64,000 nt of DNA from positions 64,001-128,000 of the forward strand of contig JBBQSO010000002.1 of the NCBI GenBank assembly GCA_038213805.1, written 5' to 3'. This document shows positions 34,137 to 43,600 of this stretch, piece after piece. Position 1 is the stretch's first letter, and the number at the start of each line of letters is the position of its first letter. Origin of the DNA: Planctomycetota bacterium. GTDB taxonomy: Bacteria > Planctomycetota > UBA11346. The position numbers and the translations under genes were made by a program. Under the pieces are notes generated by a model that worked only from the letters and a program-made list of their open reading frames with translations, had not been told where the DNA came from and searched no databases.

Positions 34137-35306
34137 TCAATACGCGGTGATCGACGGATCGATCTGCTCGCCCCACGCCAGGATGCCGCCCTCCAGGTTC
34201 AGCACCTTGGTGAAGCCGTGCTTCTGCAGGGTCTCGAGGGCCTTCATGCTGCGCCGCCCCGACTTGCACTGGGCGACGATGAGCTTGTCCTTCCACGCGG
34301 CGAGCTCGCCGAGGCGCGCCGGCAGCTGGCCGAGCGGAATGTTGAGGTTGCCGTCGATCTGGCAGACGCCCAGCTCGGACGGCTCGCGCACGTCGAGCAG
34401 CAGGTGCTCGGTGCCGGCCTCGCGCAGTTCGGAATAATCGCCGACCGAGATCTCGAGTCCACTCATGCCGCTGTCGCTTTCTCCGCGTTTCAGGCCGCAG
34501 AATTCCTGGTAATCGATGAGCTGGGTGATGGTCGGATTCCGCCCGCACACCGGGCACGTCGGATCGGGCCGCAGCTTGAGCTCGCGGAAGGTCATGTTCA
34601 ATGCGTCGTAGCGCAGGAAGCGCCCGGCCAGGGTGCGGCCCATGCCGGTCAGCACCTTGATCGCCTCGGTGGCCTGGATCATGGCGATGCTGCCGGGCAG
34701 CACGCCCAGCACGCCGCCCTCGCTGCACGACGGCACCTCGCCGGGCGGCGGCGGTTCGGGGTACAGGAAGCGGTAGCACGGCCCGTTGCGGGTGCCGTCC
34801 GGCTGCTTGCGCACGTCGAAGACCGTGGCCTGGCCTTCGAAGCGGTAGATCGACCCGTAGATGTTCACCTTGTCGAGGAACACGCAGGCGTCGTTGACCA
34901 GGTAGCGGGTCGGAAAGTTGTCGGTGCCGTCGATGACGATGTCGTACTTGGCGATGATCTCGAGCGCGTTGCCGGAGTTGATCCCCTCCTCATAGACCTC
35001 GACGACGACGTCGGGATTGAGGTCGTTGATGCCGCGCTTGGCACTCTGCGCCTTACTGGTGCCGACGTCCTGGGTGCGGTGGATGATCTGGCGCTGCAGG
35101 TTCGAGACGTCGACCGCGTCGAAGTCCATGATGCCGATGCGCCCGACCCCGGCCGCGGCCAGGTAGAGGGCAAGGGGCGAACCCAGGCCGCCGGCGCCAA
35201 TCAACAGCACCGCCGACTTCAGCAGCTTCTCCTGGCCCATCTCGCCGAACTCGGGCAGGGTCAGGTGGCGGGCATAGCGCAGGTACTGGTCGCGTTTCAG
35301 CGGCAT
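34137..35306 (-). CDS. moeB: MoeB/MoeZ ThiF-family adenylyltransferase with rhodanese domain
   Basis: RYARHL, GAGGLG, SNLQRQ, DGTDNFPTRY, SCSEGGVLG; rhodanese LLDVRE, CKSGRRS. Confidence 0.93.
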   Translation of the reverse strand: MPLKRDQYLRYARHLTLPEFGEMGQEKLLKSAVLLIGAGGLGSPLALYLAAAGVGRIGIMDFDAVDVSNLQRQIIHRTQDVGTSKAQSAKRGINDLNPDVVVEVYEEGINSGNALEIIAKYDIVIDGTDNFPTRYLVNDACVFLDKVNIYGSIYRFEGQATVFDVRKQPDGTRNGPCYRFLYPEPPPPGEVPSCSEGGVLGVLPGSIAMIQATEAIKVLTGMGRTLAGRFLRYDALNMTFRELKLRPDPTCPVCGRNPTITQLIDYQEFCGLKRGESDSGMSGLEISVGDYSELREAGTEHLLLDVREPSELGVCQIDGNLNIPLGQLPARLGELAAWKDKLIVAQCKSGRRSMKALETLQKHGFTKVLNLEGGILAWGEQIDPSITAY

Positions 35307-35386
35307 GGGCTCTCCGGAGCGGCGGGCGCGGGATCATGCAGGCGCGGCGGACGTGAAAAGGGGAAAGCCTGTGCGCCTGCGGCGCG

Positions 35387-35561
35387 GTCCGGGAGTCCGG
35401 GAGTCAGGGAGTCAGGAAGTCGCGGAGGACAATGAACAACCCAAATGACCCGGTCGCGCGTGGACGCAGGTAGAGGATTTCAGAGCGGTGCGTCACGACC
35501 GGGCATGGATTCGCCCATGCCTACGAGACTTCCGGACCTCCGGACTTCCGGACTTCCGGAC
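35387..35561. repeat. Inverted pair of octamer arrays
   Basis: GTCCGGGA-type x4 (35387-35421) and GACTTCCG-type x4 (35527-35561). Confidence 0.88.
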
Positions 35562-36033
35562 CCTCACCCAGCACCGTCCAATTCGCGAACGTCGCCGCCT
35601 GACCCGCCGGCGCCCCATCTTCGTCCACCAGGTTCCACAGCAGCGCGTCTTCGATGCGGAAGCGCCGGCCGGTCGCGGTGATGCGGATGCCGCGGTAACC
35701 GGCGAAGAAGCCGTCGCGCTGCGCCTGGGCGAGCATCGCGGCGCGCTCCGGGCCGAACTCGGGTTCGGCTGAACGGCGCGAGGGCAGGGCCAGGAAGCTG
35801 GGCCAGTCGAGTTCCCACAGGTGTTGGGCGGTGTGGTTGGCATAGATGAACAGCGGGTCGGGGCCCGGCGCATGCGCCAGGACCACCGCCGGCAGCTCGT
35901 ACAAGTCGCGGGCGAGCTCCGCCGCCGGCGCCTCCGGCACCAGCTCGCGACCGGTCCAGCGGCGGTGGCTGGCCACGATGATGCGGCTCAGGCGCTGGAT
36001 CGCCGGGGTCTGCCAGGGCGGGGGTGCGCTCAT
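35521..36033 (-). CDS. MEKHLA domain protein
   Basis: SHRRWTGREL, VVLAH, DPLFIYAN, LPSRRSAE, YRGIRITATGRRFRI, GQAATF. Confidence 0.9.
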   Translation of the reverse strand: MSAPPPWQTPAIQRLSRIIVASHRRWTGRELVPEAPAAELARDLYELPAVVLAHAPGPDPLFIYANHTAQHLWELDWPSFLALPSRRSAEPEFGPERAAMLAQAQRDGFFAGYRGIRITATGRRFRIEDALLWNLVDEDGAPAGQAATFANWTVLGEGPEVRKSGGPEVS

Positions 36034-36171
36034 GGGTGTAGGCTATGACAGCCCCGCCGAGGCCAAGAGGCCCCTCCCCGTGACCACCCGGGCGCGGAGT
36101 TGTAAACCTTGGTCGGAAACAACACTCGCCCTCGGGCGTTTATCTGACCAGCCACCCTCCGGAACCCGTCC

Positions 36172-37116
36172 ATGCCTGTCGTGACCAGCCGCTCCGCCTC
36201 CATCCTGCGCCGGGCCCTGCCCTGCGCCCTGCTGCTGCTTGCGGTGGTGCCCCTGGCCTCGGCCGGCGAGGACGGCGGTTTCTCGCTGTGGCGGCTGTTC
36301 GGGCGCCTGCACGTGCTGGTGGTGCACTTCCCCGTCGCCCTGCTGCTGGTCGCCGCCCTGGTCGAGGTGGTGCAGTGGAAGCGCCGCGAGGTGTCGGAGA
36401 CCACCCTATGGTTCGTGATCGTGGGCGCGATCAGCGCGGTCGGCGCCGCGGCGATGGGCTGGGCCAACGGTGATGAGCACCATGACGGCGGCCTCGACCT
36501 GCTGCTGCACCGCTGGCTGGGCGTCGCCACCGCGGTGCTGTCCTGCGTGACCGCCGGTATCGCCCTGCGCCTGCGCACCGCCGATTTCGGGGTGATGCCG
36601 CGCCGCGTGTTCCGCGTCCTGCTCTTCACCACGTCGATGGTGGTGGGCGCGACCGGCCACTTCGGCGGCAACCTGGTGCACGGCTCCGACTACGTGACGT
36701 CGGCCCTGCCGGCCTGGGCGAAGGCGCTGATGCCGACCGTGGCGGAACGCCACAGCGATCCGGCGACCGCACCGGGAACCCTAGCGGTCGACCCCGCCGC
36801 CCTGAACGGCCCCGTCGATTTCACCCGCGACATCGAGCCGATCTTCAAGAAGTCCTGCTATGAGTGCCACAACGACAAGGAGCAGAAGGGGAAGCTGCGC
36901 ATGGACAGCCGCGAGGCCCTGCTCAAGGGCGGCGAGAACGGCCCCGGCTTCGAACTCGGCAACGGCGACAAGAGCGCGATCATCCAGCGCATCCGCGGCG
37001 AGGGCGACGACCCGCGCATGCCGAAGAAGAAGCCGCCGCTGAATGCCGATCAGACCGAGGTGATCAAGCGCTGGATCGATCAGGGAGCGGTGTGGGCGAA
37101 GGCCAAGGACGGCTGA
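36172..37116 (+). CDS. DUF2231-like membrane domain fused to planctomycete-type cytochrome c
   Basis: GRLHVLVVHFPVALL, HRWLG, TGHFGGNLVHG; VDFTRDIEPIF, CYECH, RMP, WIDQGA. Confidence 0.88.
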   Translation: MPVVTSRSASILRRALPCALLLLAVVPLASAGEDGGFSLWRLFGRLHVLVVHFPVALLLVAALVEVVQWKRREVSETTLWFVIVGAISAVGAAAMGWANGDEHHDGGLDLLLHRWLGVATAVLSCVTAGIALRLRTADFGVMPRRVFRVLLFTTSMVVGATGHFGGNLVHGSDYVTSALPAWAKALMPTVAERHSDPATAPGTLAVDPAALNGPVDFTRDIEPIFKKSCYECHNDKEQKGKLRMDSREALLKGGENGPGFELGNGDKSAIIQRIRGEGDDPRMPKKKPPLNADQTEVIKRWIDQGAVWAKAKDG

Positions 37117-37311
37117 TGGCTGATGGCTGATGGCTGATGGCTGATGGCTGATGGCTGATGGCTGATGGCTGATGGCTGATGGCTGATGGCTGACGACCGG
37201 CGCGGGGCGCCGGTCGTCTATTCGTACCTGGCTGGTCGCAGCGCTGATGCTGCAGTACGTCGATGGGCAGAACGCGGCCGCTGTCAGCTGCCAGCTGACA
37301 GCCGTCAGCCA
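37111..37311. repeat. (GGCTGAT)x11 plus partial, with degenerate inverted partner
   Basis: Perfect array 37111-37193; GCTGTCA GCTGCCA GCTGACA GCCGTCA at 37280-37311. Confidence 0.95.
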
Positions 37312-37373
37312 GAAGGATCCCTGCCACCCGGCCACGCACATTGCGCTCCTGGATCCGCTCCGACCATCCAGCA

Positions 37374-38510
37374 ATGCTGATCCCCTGGGCCACCGATGCT
37401 CCGGTCTATCACCGTCCGTGGGGCACCATCGGGCTGATCATCGCCAACATCCTGATCTTCGCCTGGGAGCTCCACGCCGATCCTGAGACCATCGCGGATC
37501 TGGTCCTGCGCTTCGGCGATGGCTATCATCCGGTGCAGTGGCTGACCAACCACTTCCTGCACGCCGACATCATGCACCTGCTCGGCAATATGGTGTTCCT
37601 GTGGGTCTTCGGCCTGATCGTCGAGGGCAAGCTCGGCTGGCGGCGCTTCCTGCCGCTCTATCTCGGCATCTGCCTGCTCGACTCGGTGATCGTGCAGAGC
37701 GCGATGCTCGGCGCCGACGAGGGCGGCGCGCTCGGCGCGTCGGGCGCGATCTTCGCGCTGATGCTCATCAGCCTGGTGTGGGCGCCGGCGAACGAGATCA
37801 GCTGCCTGCTGTTCATCTGGATCGTGCCCAAGACCTTCGACGCACCGGTGTGGGTGATCTGCACGCTCTTCCTGCTGTGGAACGTGCTGATGGCCGCGCT
37901 CGACTCCTTCACCATGGGCACCGCCATGCTGCACCTCAGCGGTGCGCTGGTCGGGGCCGGCGCGGGCGTGCTGGCGGTGCGCAGGACATGGGTGGACTGC
38001 GAGGGCTGGGACGTGTTCTCGCGCGTGGCGAACTGGCGCGGCAAGGCGCCGCCGCGGGCAGCCGTGCGCAGCGTCGACGAGTCGACCGTGAAGCACGACC
38101 TGGCCGAACGCCGCGCCCAGGCCCAGGCGCTGATCCGCGAGTACGTCGTCAGCGGCGAAGGCGCCCTGGCCTTGCGCGTGCTGCGTGAGGCGACCCTCGC
38201 GACCGGCCGCTGGGGGCTCGAGCGTTCTGATCTGCTCGGCCTGATCGACGCGCTGATCGCCGAGCGCGCCTTCACCGAGGTGCGGCCGCTGCTCGCCGAG
38301 GCGCTGCAGCGCTTCCCTGACGCCGCGCCCGGCCTGCGCCTGCACGAGGCGCGCATGCTGCTCGACCTGCGCCGCCCGGCCAAGGCCCTTGAGCTGCTCG
38401 ACGCGCTGGAACCCGACGCCCTCGACGCGCACCAACAGGGCGAACGCGAGCGCCTGCGCGGCGCCGCACGCACGCTGATCGCCGCGGGCGTCCTCGAGAT
38501 CGACGATTGA
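37374..38510 (+). CDS. Rhomboid intramembrane serine protease with helical C-terminal domain
   Basis: FLHADIMHLLGNM, GASG, LHLSG. Confidence 0.9.
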   Translation: MLIPWATDAPVYHRPWGTIGLIIANILIFAWELHADPETIADLVLRFGDGYHPVQWLTNHFLHADIMHLLGNMVFLWVFGLIVEGKLGWRRFLPLYLGICLLDSVIVQSAMLGADEGGALGASGAIFALMLISLVWAPANEISCLLFIWIVPKTFDAPVWVICTLFLLWNVLMAALDSFTMGTAMLHLSGALVGAGAGVLAVRRTWVDCEGWDVFSRVANWRGKAPPRAAVRSVDESTVKHDLAERRAQAQALIREYVVSGEGALALRVLREATLATGRWGLERSDLLGLIDALIAERAFTEVRPLLAEALQRFPDAAPGLRLHEARMLLDLRRPAKALELLDALEPDALDAHQQGERERLRGAARTLIAAGVLEIDD

Positions 38511-38563
38511 CGGCCGCTGCGGATGACGCTTCCCGGCCTGCGCGGCGCAACGACGCTGGTGCC

Positions 38564-39598
38564 ATGGGCACGAACCGTCAGGTGCAGGTCATGGCGCTCG
38601 TCGCACTCATGGCCGTGGCCGGCTGCGGGCCGCGTCCCGGCGAACGCGCAGGGGTCGCGCCGGGCTTCCCGCCGGAAGCCTGGCGCGAGATGGCGGATCT
38701 GATCGCGGCGAACTGGGTGCGCGACCTCGCCGACGACTTCACCCTGGCGATCGCCGTCGCCGGACCCGAGGCGCGCGCGCAGCTCGTAGCCGCCTATGCC
38801 ACGGTCGGCACCTGGTGGGCGCAGGACCATGTGCCGGGCGACTTCACCGCGCGCACCTGGCTCGAGAGGCAGCCACGCGCTGAGCTCGAGGCCCTGGCGC
38901 GCCACCTGCGCGCCGCCGCCACGCCGCTGCGCGCCGCCGGGCTGCTGCCACAATTGCCCCGCCCGGAGCATCCACCGGGCCTGAGCGGCGCGCCCTTCGG
39001 CGATGCCATCACCGTCGCGCACGGCGCCGCGCCCGACGTTCTGGTCGCCTACGAGCTGCAGCTTGAATTCAGCAGCGCGGCGCTCGCCATCGACGCCGCT
39101 GACGACGTTGGTCGCCCGCCGACCGCCGCGGAGATCACCGAGTACCGCCGCGCCCACGAGGTCATGCGCCCGTCCGACTACGCCCCCCTCGCCGCCCACC
39201 AGGTGCGCGGTCTGGAACACTTCTGGGGGCATGCGGGGTTCGACGCGGCGCGCTTCGCCGACGGCCTGTGGGGCATGACCAGCGCCGGTGAATGGACCTC
39301 ATCGCTGCATTCCCTGGCACGCTGGCTGAAGTGGCTCGACGCCTGGGATGGCATCCTGGCCACCGGCGAGGTCCCCGACCTGACCAGCGCTGCGCAGGCG
39401 ACGGTCGCGCCCGGAGCCGCCGCGAATGCCGATTTCGTGCGCGACAAACGGCATCCTCCGGCTAGCATGCCCGGTACTCCCGGCCACCTTTCCGGAGCCA
39501 AACCATGCGTCACGCCGCCCTCGCCAGCCTCGCCCTCGCCAGCCTCGCCGGGTGCGCCAGCCTTCGCGCCGAGACCGCCGGCCCCGTCACGGAAGTGA
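38564..39598 (+). CDS. Hypothetical lipoprotein
   Basis: Lipobox-like VAGC after a hydrophobic stretch; no recognised domain. Confidence 0.5.
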   Translation: MGTNRQVQVMALVALMAVAGCGPRPGERAGVAPGFPPEAWREMADLIAANWVRDLADDFTLAIAVAGPEARAQLVAAYATVGTWWAQDHVPGDFTARTWLERQPRAELEALARHLRAAATPLRAAGLLPQLPRPEHPPGLSGAPFGDAITVAHGAAPDVLVAYELQLEFSSAALAIDAADDVGRPPTAAEITEYRRAHEVMRPSDYAPLAAHQVRGLEHFWGHAGFDAARFADGLWGMTSAGEWTSSLHSLARWLKWLDAWDGILATGEVPDLTSAAQATVAPGAAANADFVRDKRHPPASMPGTPGHLSGAKPCVTPPSPASPSPASPGAPAFAPRPPAPSRK

Positions 39599-40035
39599 CC
39601 GCCCTCGAGACCATCACCCTGGTCGACCAGCGGGTGCTGACTGGCACCTACGATCCCGAATCAGGACGCGTCCAGGTGCCGGGACCGATCGCCTTCGCAC
39701 TGACCCTGACCGCCGAGCAAATCGCGAGCCGCCGTGCGGCCACCGCCGCCGAGATCGCGGCGGTGCAGCCCAAGCCGGTGGTGGTGCTGACCCCCGAGGA
39801 GCGCGCCGCGCGCGCCGCAGCGGCCATGGAGCGCGCCGCCGAGCAGGCCAAGCTCGATGAGGCAACGCGCAAGGACGACGACAAGCGCGCCGCGGAGCGC
39901 AAGGTCGAGGACGACAAGCGCCACCAGGAGCGCGAGGCGCGCCTCGCGCGCGAGCGCACCGATGCCCTGTTGCGCGCTCAGGCCGCCGCGGCCGCCAATG
40001 GCGGTGGTGGCGGCGGGGTCAAGAAGGCCTATTGA
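39505..40035 (+). CDS. Hypothetical lipoprotein with coiled-coil C-terminus
   Basis: GGAG RBS, MRHAALASLALASLAGC lipobox, charged helical tail. Confidence 0.7.
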   Translation: MRHAALASLALASLAGCASLRAETAGPVTEVTALETITLVDQRVLTGTYDPESGRVQVPGPIAFALTLTAEQIASRRAATAAEIAAVQPKPVVVLTPEERAARAAAAMERAAEQAKLDEATRKDDDKRAAERKVEDDKRHQEREARLARERTDALLRAQAAAAANGGGGGGVKKAY

Positions 40036-40051
40036 TCAGGCCGCGGCCGCC

Positions 40052-40351
40052 TCAGCCGAGCGAATCGTAGATCGTCACACGGCTCCAAAAGCCGGCGCAG
40101 GCATCGCGGAAGCGATCGTGGATCGGGTGCACCTGGTAGACCTCCTGGGCAGCCTCGTCGTCGAAGCTGACGACCAGCGAGGTGGTGTAGCTGCGCTCAA
40201 TCACCGGGCGGTTGGTCGGCGCGGGTTTGCCGACGTGGGCGAGACGCACCCCGGGGATGGTGAGCAGGCTGCGCACGCCCGCATCGAAGGTCTTCAGCTG
40301 ATCCGCGGTGAGACCGGGTTTGAGCCAAAAATAGACGGCATGGACAAACAT
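40052..40351 (-). CDS. Dabb family (stress-responsive A/B barrel) protein
   Basis: MFVHAVYFWLK, YQVHPIH, VTIYDS. Confidence 0.9.
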   Translation of the reverse strand: MFVHAVYFWLKPGLTADQLKTFDAGVRSLLTIPGVRLAHVGKPAPTNRPVIERSYTTSLVVSFDDEAAQEVYQVHPIHDRFRDACAGFWSRVTIYDSLG

Positions 40352-40372
40352 GGGACCTCGGGAGGGGAATGG

Positions 40373-40677
40373 GTCCGGAAGTCCGGCAGTCCGGAAGTCC
40401 GGAAGTCTCGTGATGCGGTCGGCGCCGGGGATCCGCGGGCCGGACGGCCCGGCTACGGTTCCAGCGCACTCGTGCGCCGGATGCTGGGTCATGGCGCGGG
40501 GCTGTCTAGGGAGAGAAGTCCGGGAGTCCGGAAGTCCGGAAGTCTCGTGATGCATGGCGGCGCGCATTTCCGGCCGCGCCGCCATGCCCACTGAAACCCG
40601 AGTTCATAATCCGCCGCCAAGTCCCAGGAGACTTCCGGACCTCCGGACTCCCGGACTCCCGGACTTCCGGACCTCCG
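40373..40677. repeat. Three octamer arrays (two forward, one inverted)
   Basis: 40373-40407 and 40518-40544 both end GTCTCGTGATGC; 40630-40677 is GACTTCCG-type x6. Confidence 0.92.
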
Positions 40678-40699
40678 GCAGTCGGACTTCTCCCCCGCC

Positions 40700-43600
40700 T
40701 CACTCCTCGAAGCGCAGCCAGTTCAGATTGAACAACCCACCACCCTGACCCTTGAAGACCAGGTAGAGGTCGTGCACGCCGCCCGGATCCTTGACCGCGC
40801 CCTGGACCTCGGCCCACTTCTGCCAGTCGCCGGTGGGCTTGACCTCGGCGCTGCCGATGAGATCGCCCTCGGGCTTGTCGAGGTGCACCTCGATGGTGCC
40901 GCCGCTGCCCGCGGAGGCGACGCGGAACGTCATCTTGGTGGTGCCATCCAGGCCGATGTCCGCGAACTTCATCCAGTCGCCGTTGTCGATGAAGCCGATA
41001 CTCTTGCCACCGCCGGAGTCCTTGGTGTCCTCGGTCTGCACGCCGTGCTGGTCGCTGAACGACGAGGCGCGCACCATGCGGTTGCGCAGCACCACGGTGG
41101 TGCGCACGGTGTTGCTCGGGATCTCCTTGCCGTCAGCGGTCTTGACCTTGCGATCGGTGTAGGTCGCGGTCAGCAGGTAGATGCCGGTGTCGTCCTTGGG
41201 CTTCGGCACCACGGTAAAGGCGCCGCTGGCGCCCGCCAGCTCGGGCGGGGTCTCGGCCAGGGAGAGGATCCAACCGACCATTTCCGAGACCACCTCCTTG
41301 CTGTGCTGCGGGTGCGCGGCCATGGCGATCGGTCCCCACACCCCGCCGCCGCCGGTGATGATCTTCTGGGCGAGCTTCTCGACGATGCCCTTCTCGTCGT
41401 GGTATTTCGCGGCGATCATGGTGAAGGCCGGCCCGACCGACTGCACCGCCGGCTGGTGGCAGGCCATGCAGTCGCTGGCCAGGATGAGCTGCCGCCCCTT
41501 GACCGAGCCACCCATCATCGACTGCTCGAAGCCGACCAGGTCCTTGGGTTCGGCGCCGATGATGTACTGGGCGCTGAACTTGACGCGCGTGCTGATCTTG
41601 CCATCGGCGGTGCTGCCGTCCTCGGCGTCGGTCACGTCGATCTGGTAGCTCAGATTCTTGCCCCACGAGAAGAAGCCGCCGCCCTTCGGCGCGGTGATGG
41701 CGATGGTCGGCACGGCGTTGCCGACGGTGATCGGCACTACCGCGATCGCCGACTTGCCGCCCTGGTCGGTGACCGTGAGCTTGGCCTGGTAGAGGCCGGG
41801 CTTGGCGAAGGTGAAGGTCGGGTTGGGCTCGCTCGACTCGACCGCGTCGCCGGTGAAGCGCCACTCGTACTTCAGCACGTCGCCGTCATCCTTGTCGTAG
41901 GTGCCGGTACTGGTGAATTTCACCGCCAGCGGCTCCTTGCCGGCGGTCACATCGCTGCCCGCCTTGGCGACCGGCGCGCGATTTCCCGCGATGTAGTCGA
42001 TGCGGATGACCTGCGAGTCCTTGGTGTCCCACCACTGGGTGCCCCACAGGATCACGTACAGCGAGCCGTCAGGACCGAAGCGCATGTCCATCGGCTTCAT
42101 CCAGGTGAAGGTGGGCATGAAAGGCACCATGGTCTGCCGGGGATCGGCAGCGGTGGTGTCGAGGGTCTTGACCCAGTTGCGCATCCACTCGTAGAGGAAC
42201 AGCTTGCCGTCGTACCAGGCCGGGAATTGGGTGCCGTTCTTGAGCTTGGGATCGAAGTGGTAGACCGGGCCGGACATCGCGCAGCGGCCGCCCTCGCCGA
42301 GGTCCGGGAACTCCTCCGACTTCGAGTATGGGTACCACATCCACGCGGGCTGCGCGGGCGGCAGCTCATGGATGCCGGTGTTGACCGGCGAATCATTGAT
42401 CGGGTGGGCCGGGTCAAACTTGTCGCCGAGCTTCTTGGTAGCGAAGTCGTAGGCCGCGTACGGCTTGTTGTCGCCGACGAACAGCGGCCAGCCGAAGTAC
42501 CCGGCCTTGGTCGCGCGGTTGAATTCATCATGCCCCTTGGGGCCGCGCTCGCCGTCCTTGCCCGAGTCGGGACCGACCTCGCCCCAATAGAGGTAACCGG
42601 TGACGCTGTCGACCGCGTGGCGGAACGGGTTGCGGCAGCCCATCACGTAGATCTCAGGCCGGGTCTTGTCGGTGCCAGGCGGGAAGAGGTTGCCCTTCGG
42701 GATGGTGTAGGTGCCGTCCGCCTCGGGGTGGATGCGCAGGATCTTGCCGCGCAGGTCCATGGTGTTCGAGGCGCTGGCGCGCGCGTCCTTGCCGGGCTCG
42801 CGGTAGTCCATCGGCGAGAAGCCGTCGGACTCGAAGGGCGTGGTGTTGTCGCCGCACGACATGTACAGGTTGCCGCCGGGCCCGAAGCTCAGGCAGCCGC
42901 CGCAGTGGCCGACGATGGTGCGGACGTCCTTGACCACCAGCAGGGTCTTCTCGGTCGCGAGGTCGATGGTGTCGCCGCTGACGGTGAAGCGCGCGAGGTG
43001 CTCCTCCGCCGCCTCGCCGGGCATGGCGCGCAGGATGTACACCCAGTGGTTGGTCATGAAGTCGGGATCCAGGACGATGCCGATGCAGCCGTCCTCGGTG
43101 TTGCCCTTCTCGCCGCTGCGCAGCGAGTAGGTCGGCAGCTTGGCGACCTCGACCACCGCTTTGGTGTCCGGCTTGTAGCACGAGATCACGCCGAACTTGC
43201 CGCACCAGAAGACCCGGCCGTCGGCGGCGACGGACAGCTCCATCGGGAAGTCGGAGCCGCTCCCCAGCGAGGTGATCTCGAAGCGCGAATCGGACGGGCG
43301 CGCCTTGCCGAAATCGAGCGCCGGCCCTGCCGCCGCCCACTGCACGCCGCCGAGCAGGTGCTTGAGGTAGAGCGGTTCGGCGTAGCTCTCATCGGTGTGG
43401 CCCATCTCGGTGTAGAAGGCGCGGCCGCCCTCGTACTCGTGGTACCAGGCGAGCGGGTGCTCGGCGCCCATCTTGGTCGGGCCCGCGTCGTAGCTGGTCT
43501 CGTCGATCTTGAGCAGGATGTGGACGTCCTTGGGCAGCTGGCGGAAGTTGTACCACTCGTCGAAGCGCTCGAAGCTCGCGGGCATGCCGGCGGTCGACGG

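Noticed and set aside
34137..35306. moeZ as sulfur donor or tailoring enzyme of the MNIO cassette
   Set aside because: Convergent orientation and a common housekeeping gene; adjacency alone is insufficient
37064..37393. ORFs with (HQPSAIS)n repeats
   Set aside because: Translation of the heptamer array on the minus strand; no other coding evidence
40373..40677. CRISPR-like repeat-spacer pattern (28-nt direct repeat at 40389 and 40526)
   Set aside because: Only two direct copies 137 nt apart, built from tandem octamers, third copy inverted, no cas genes
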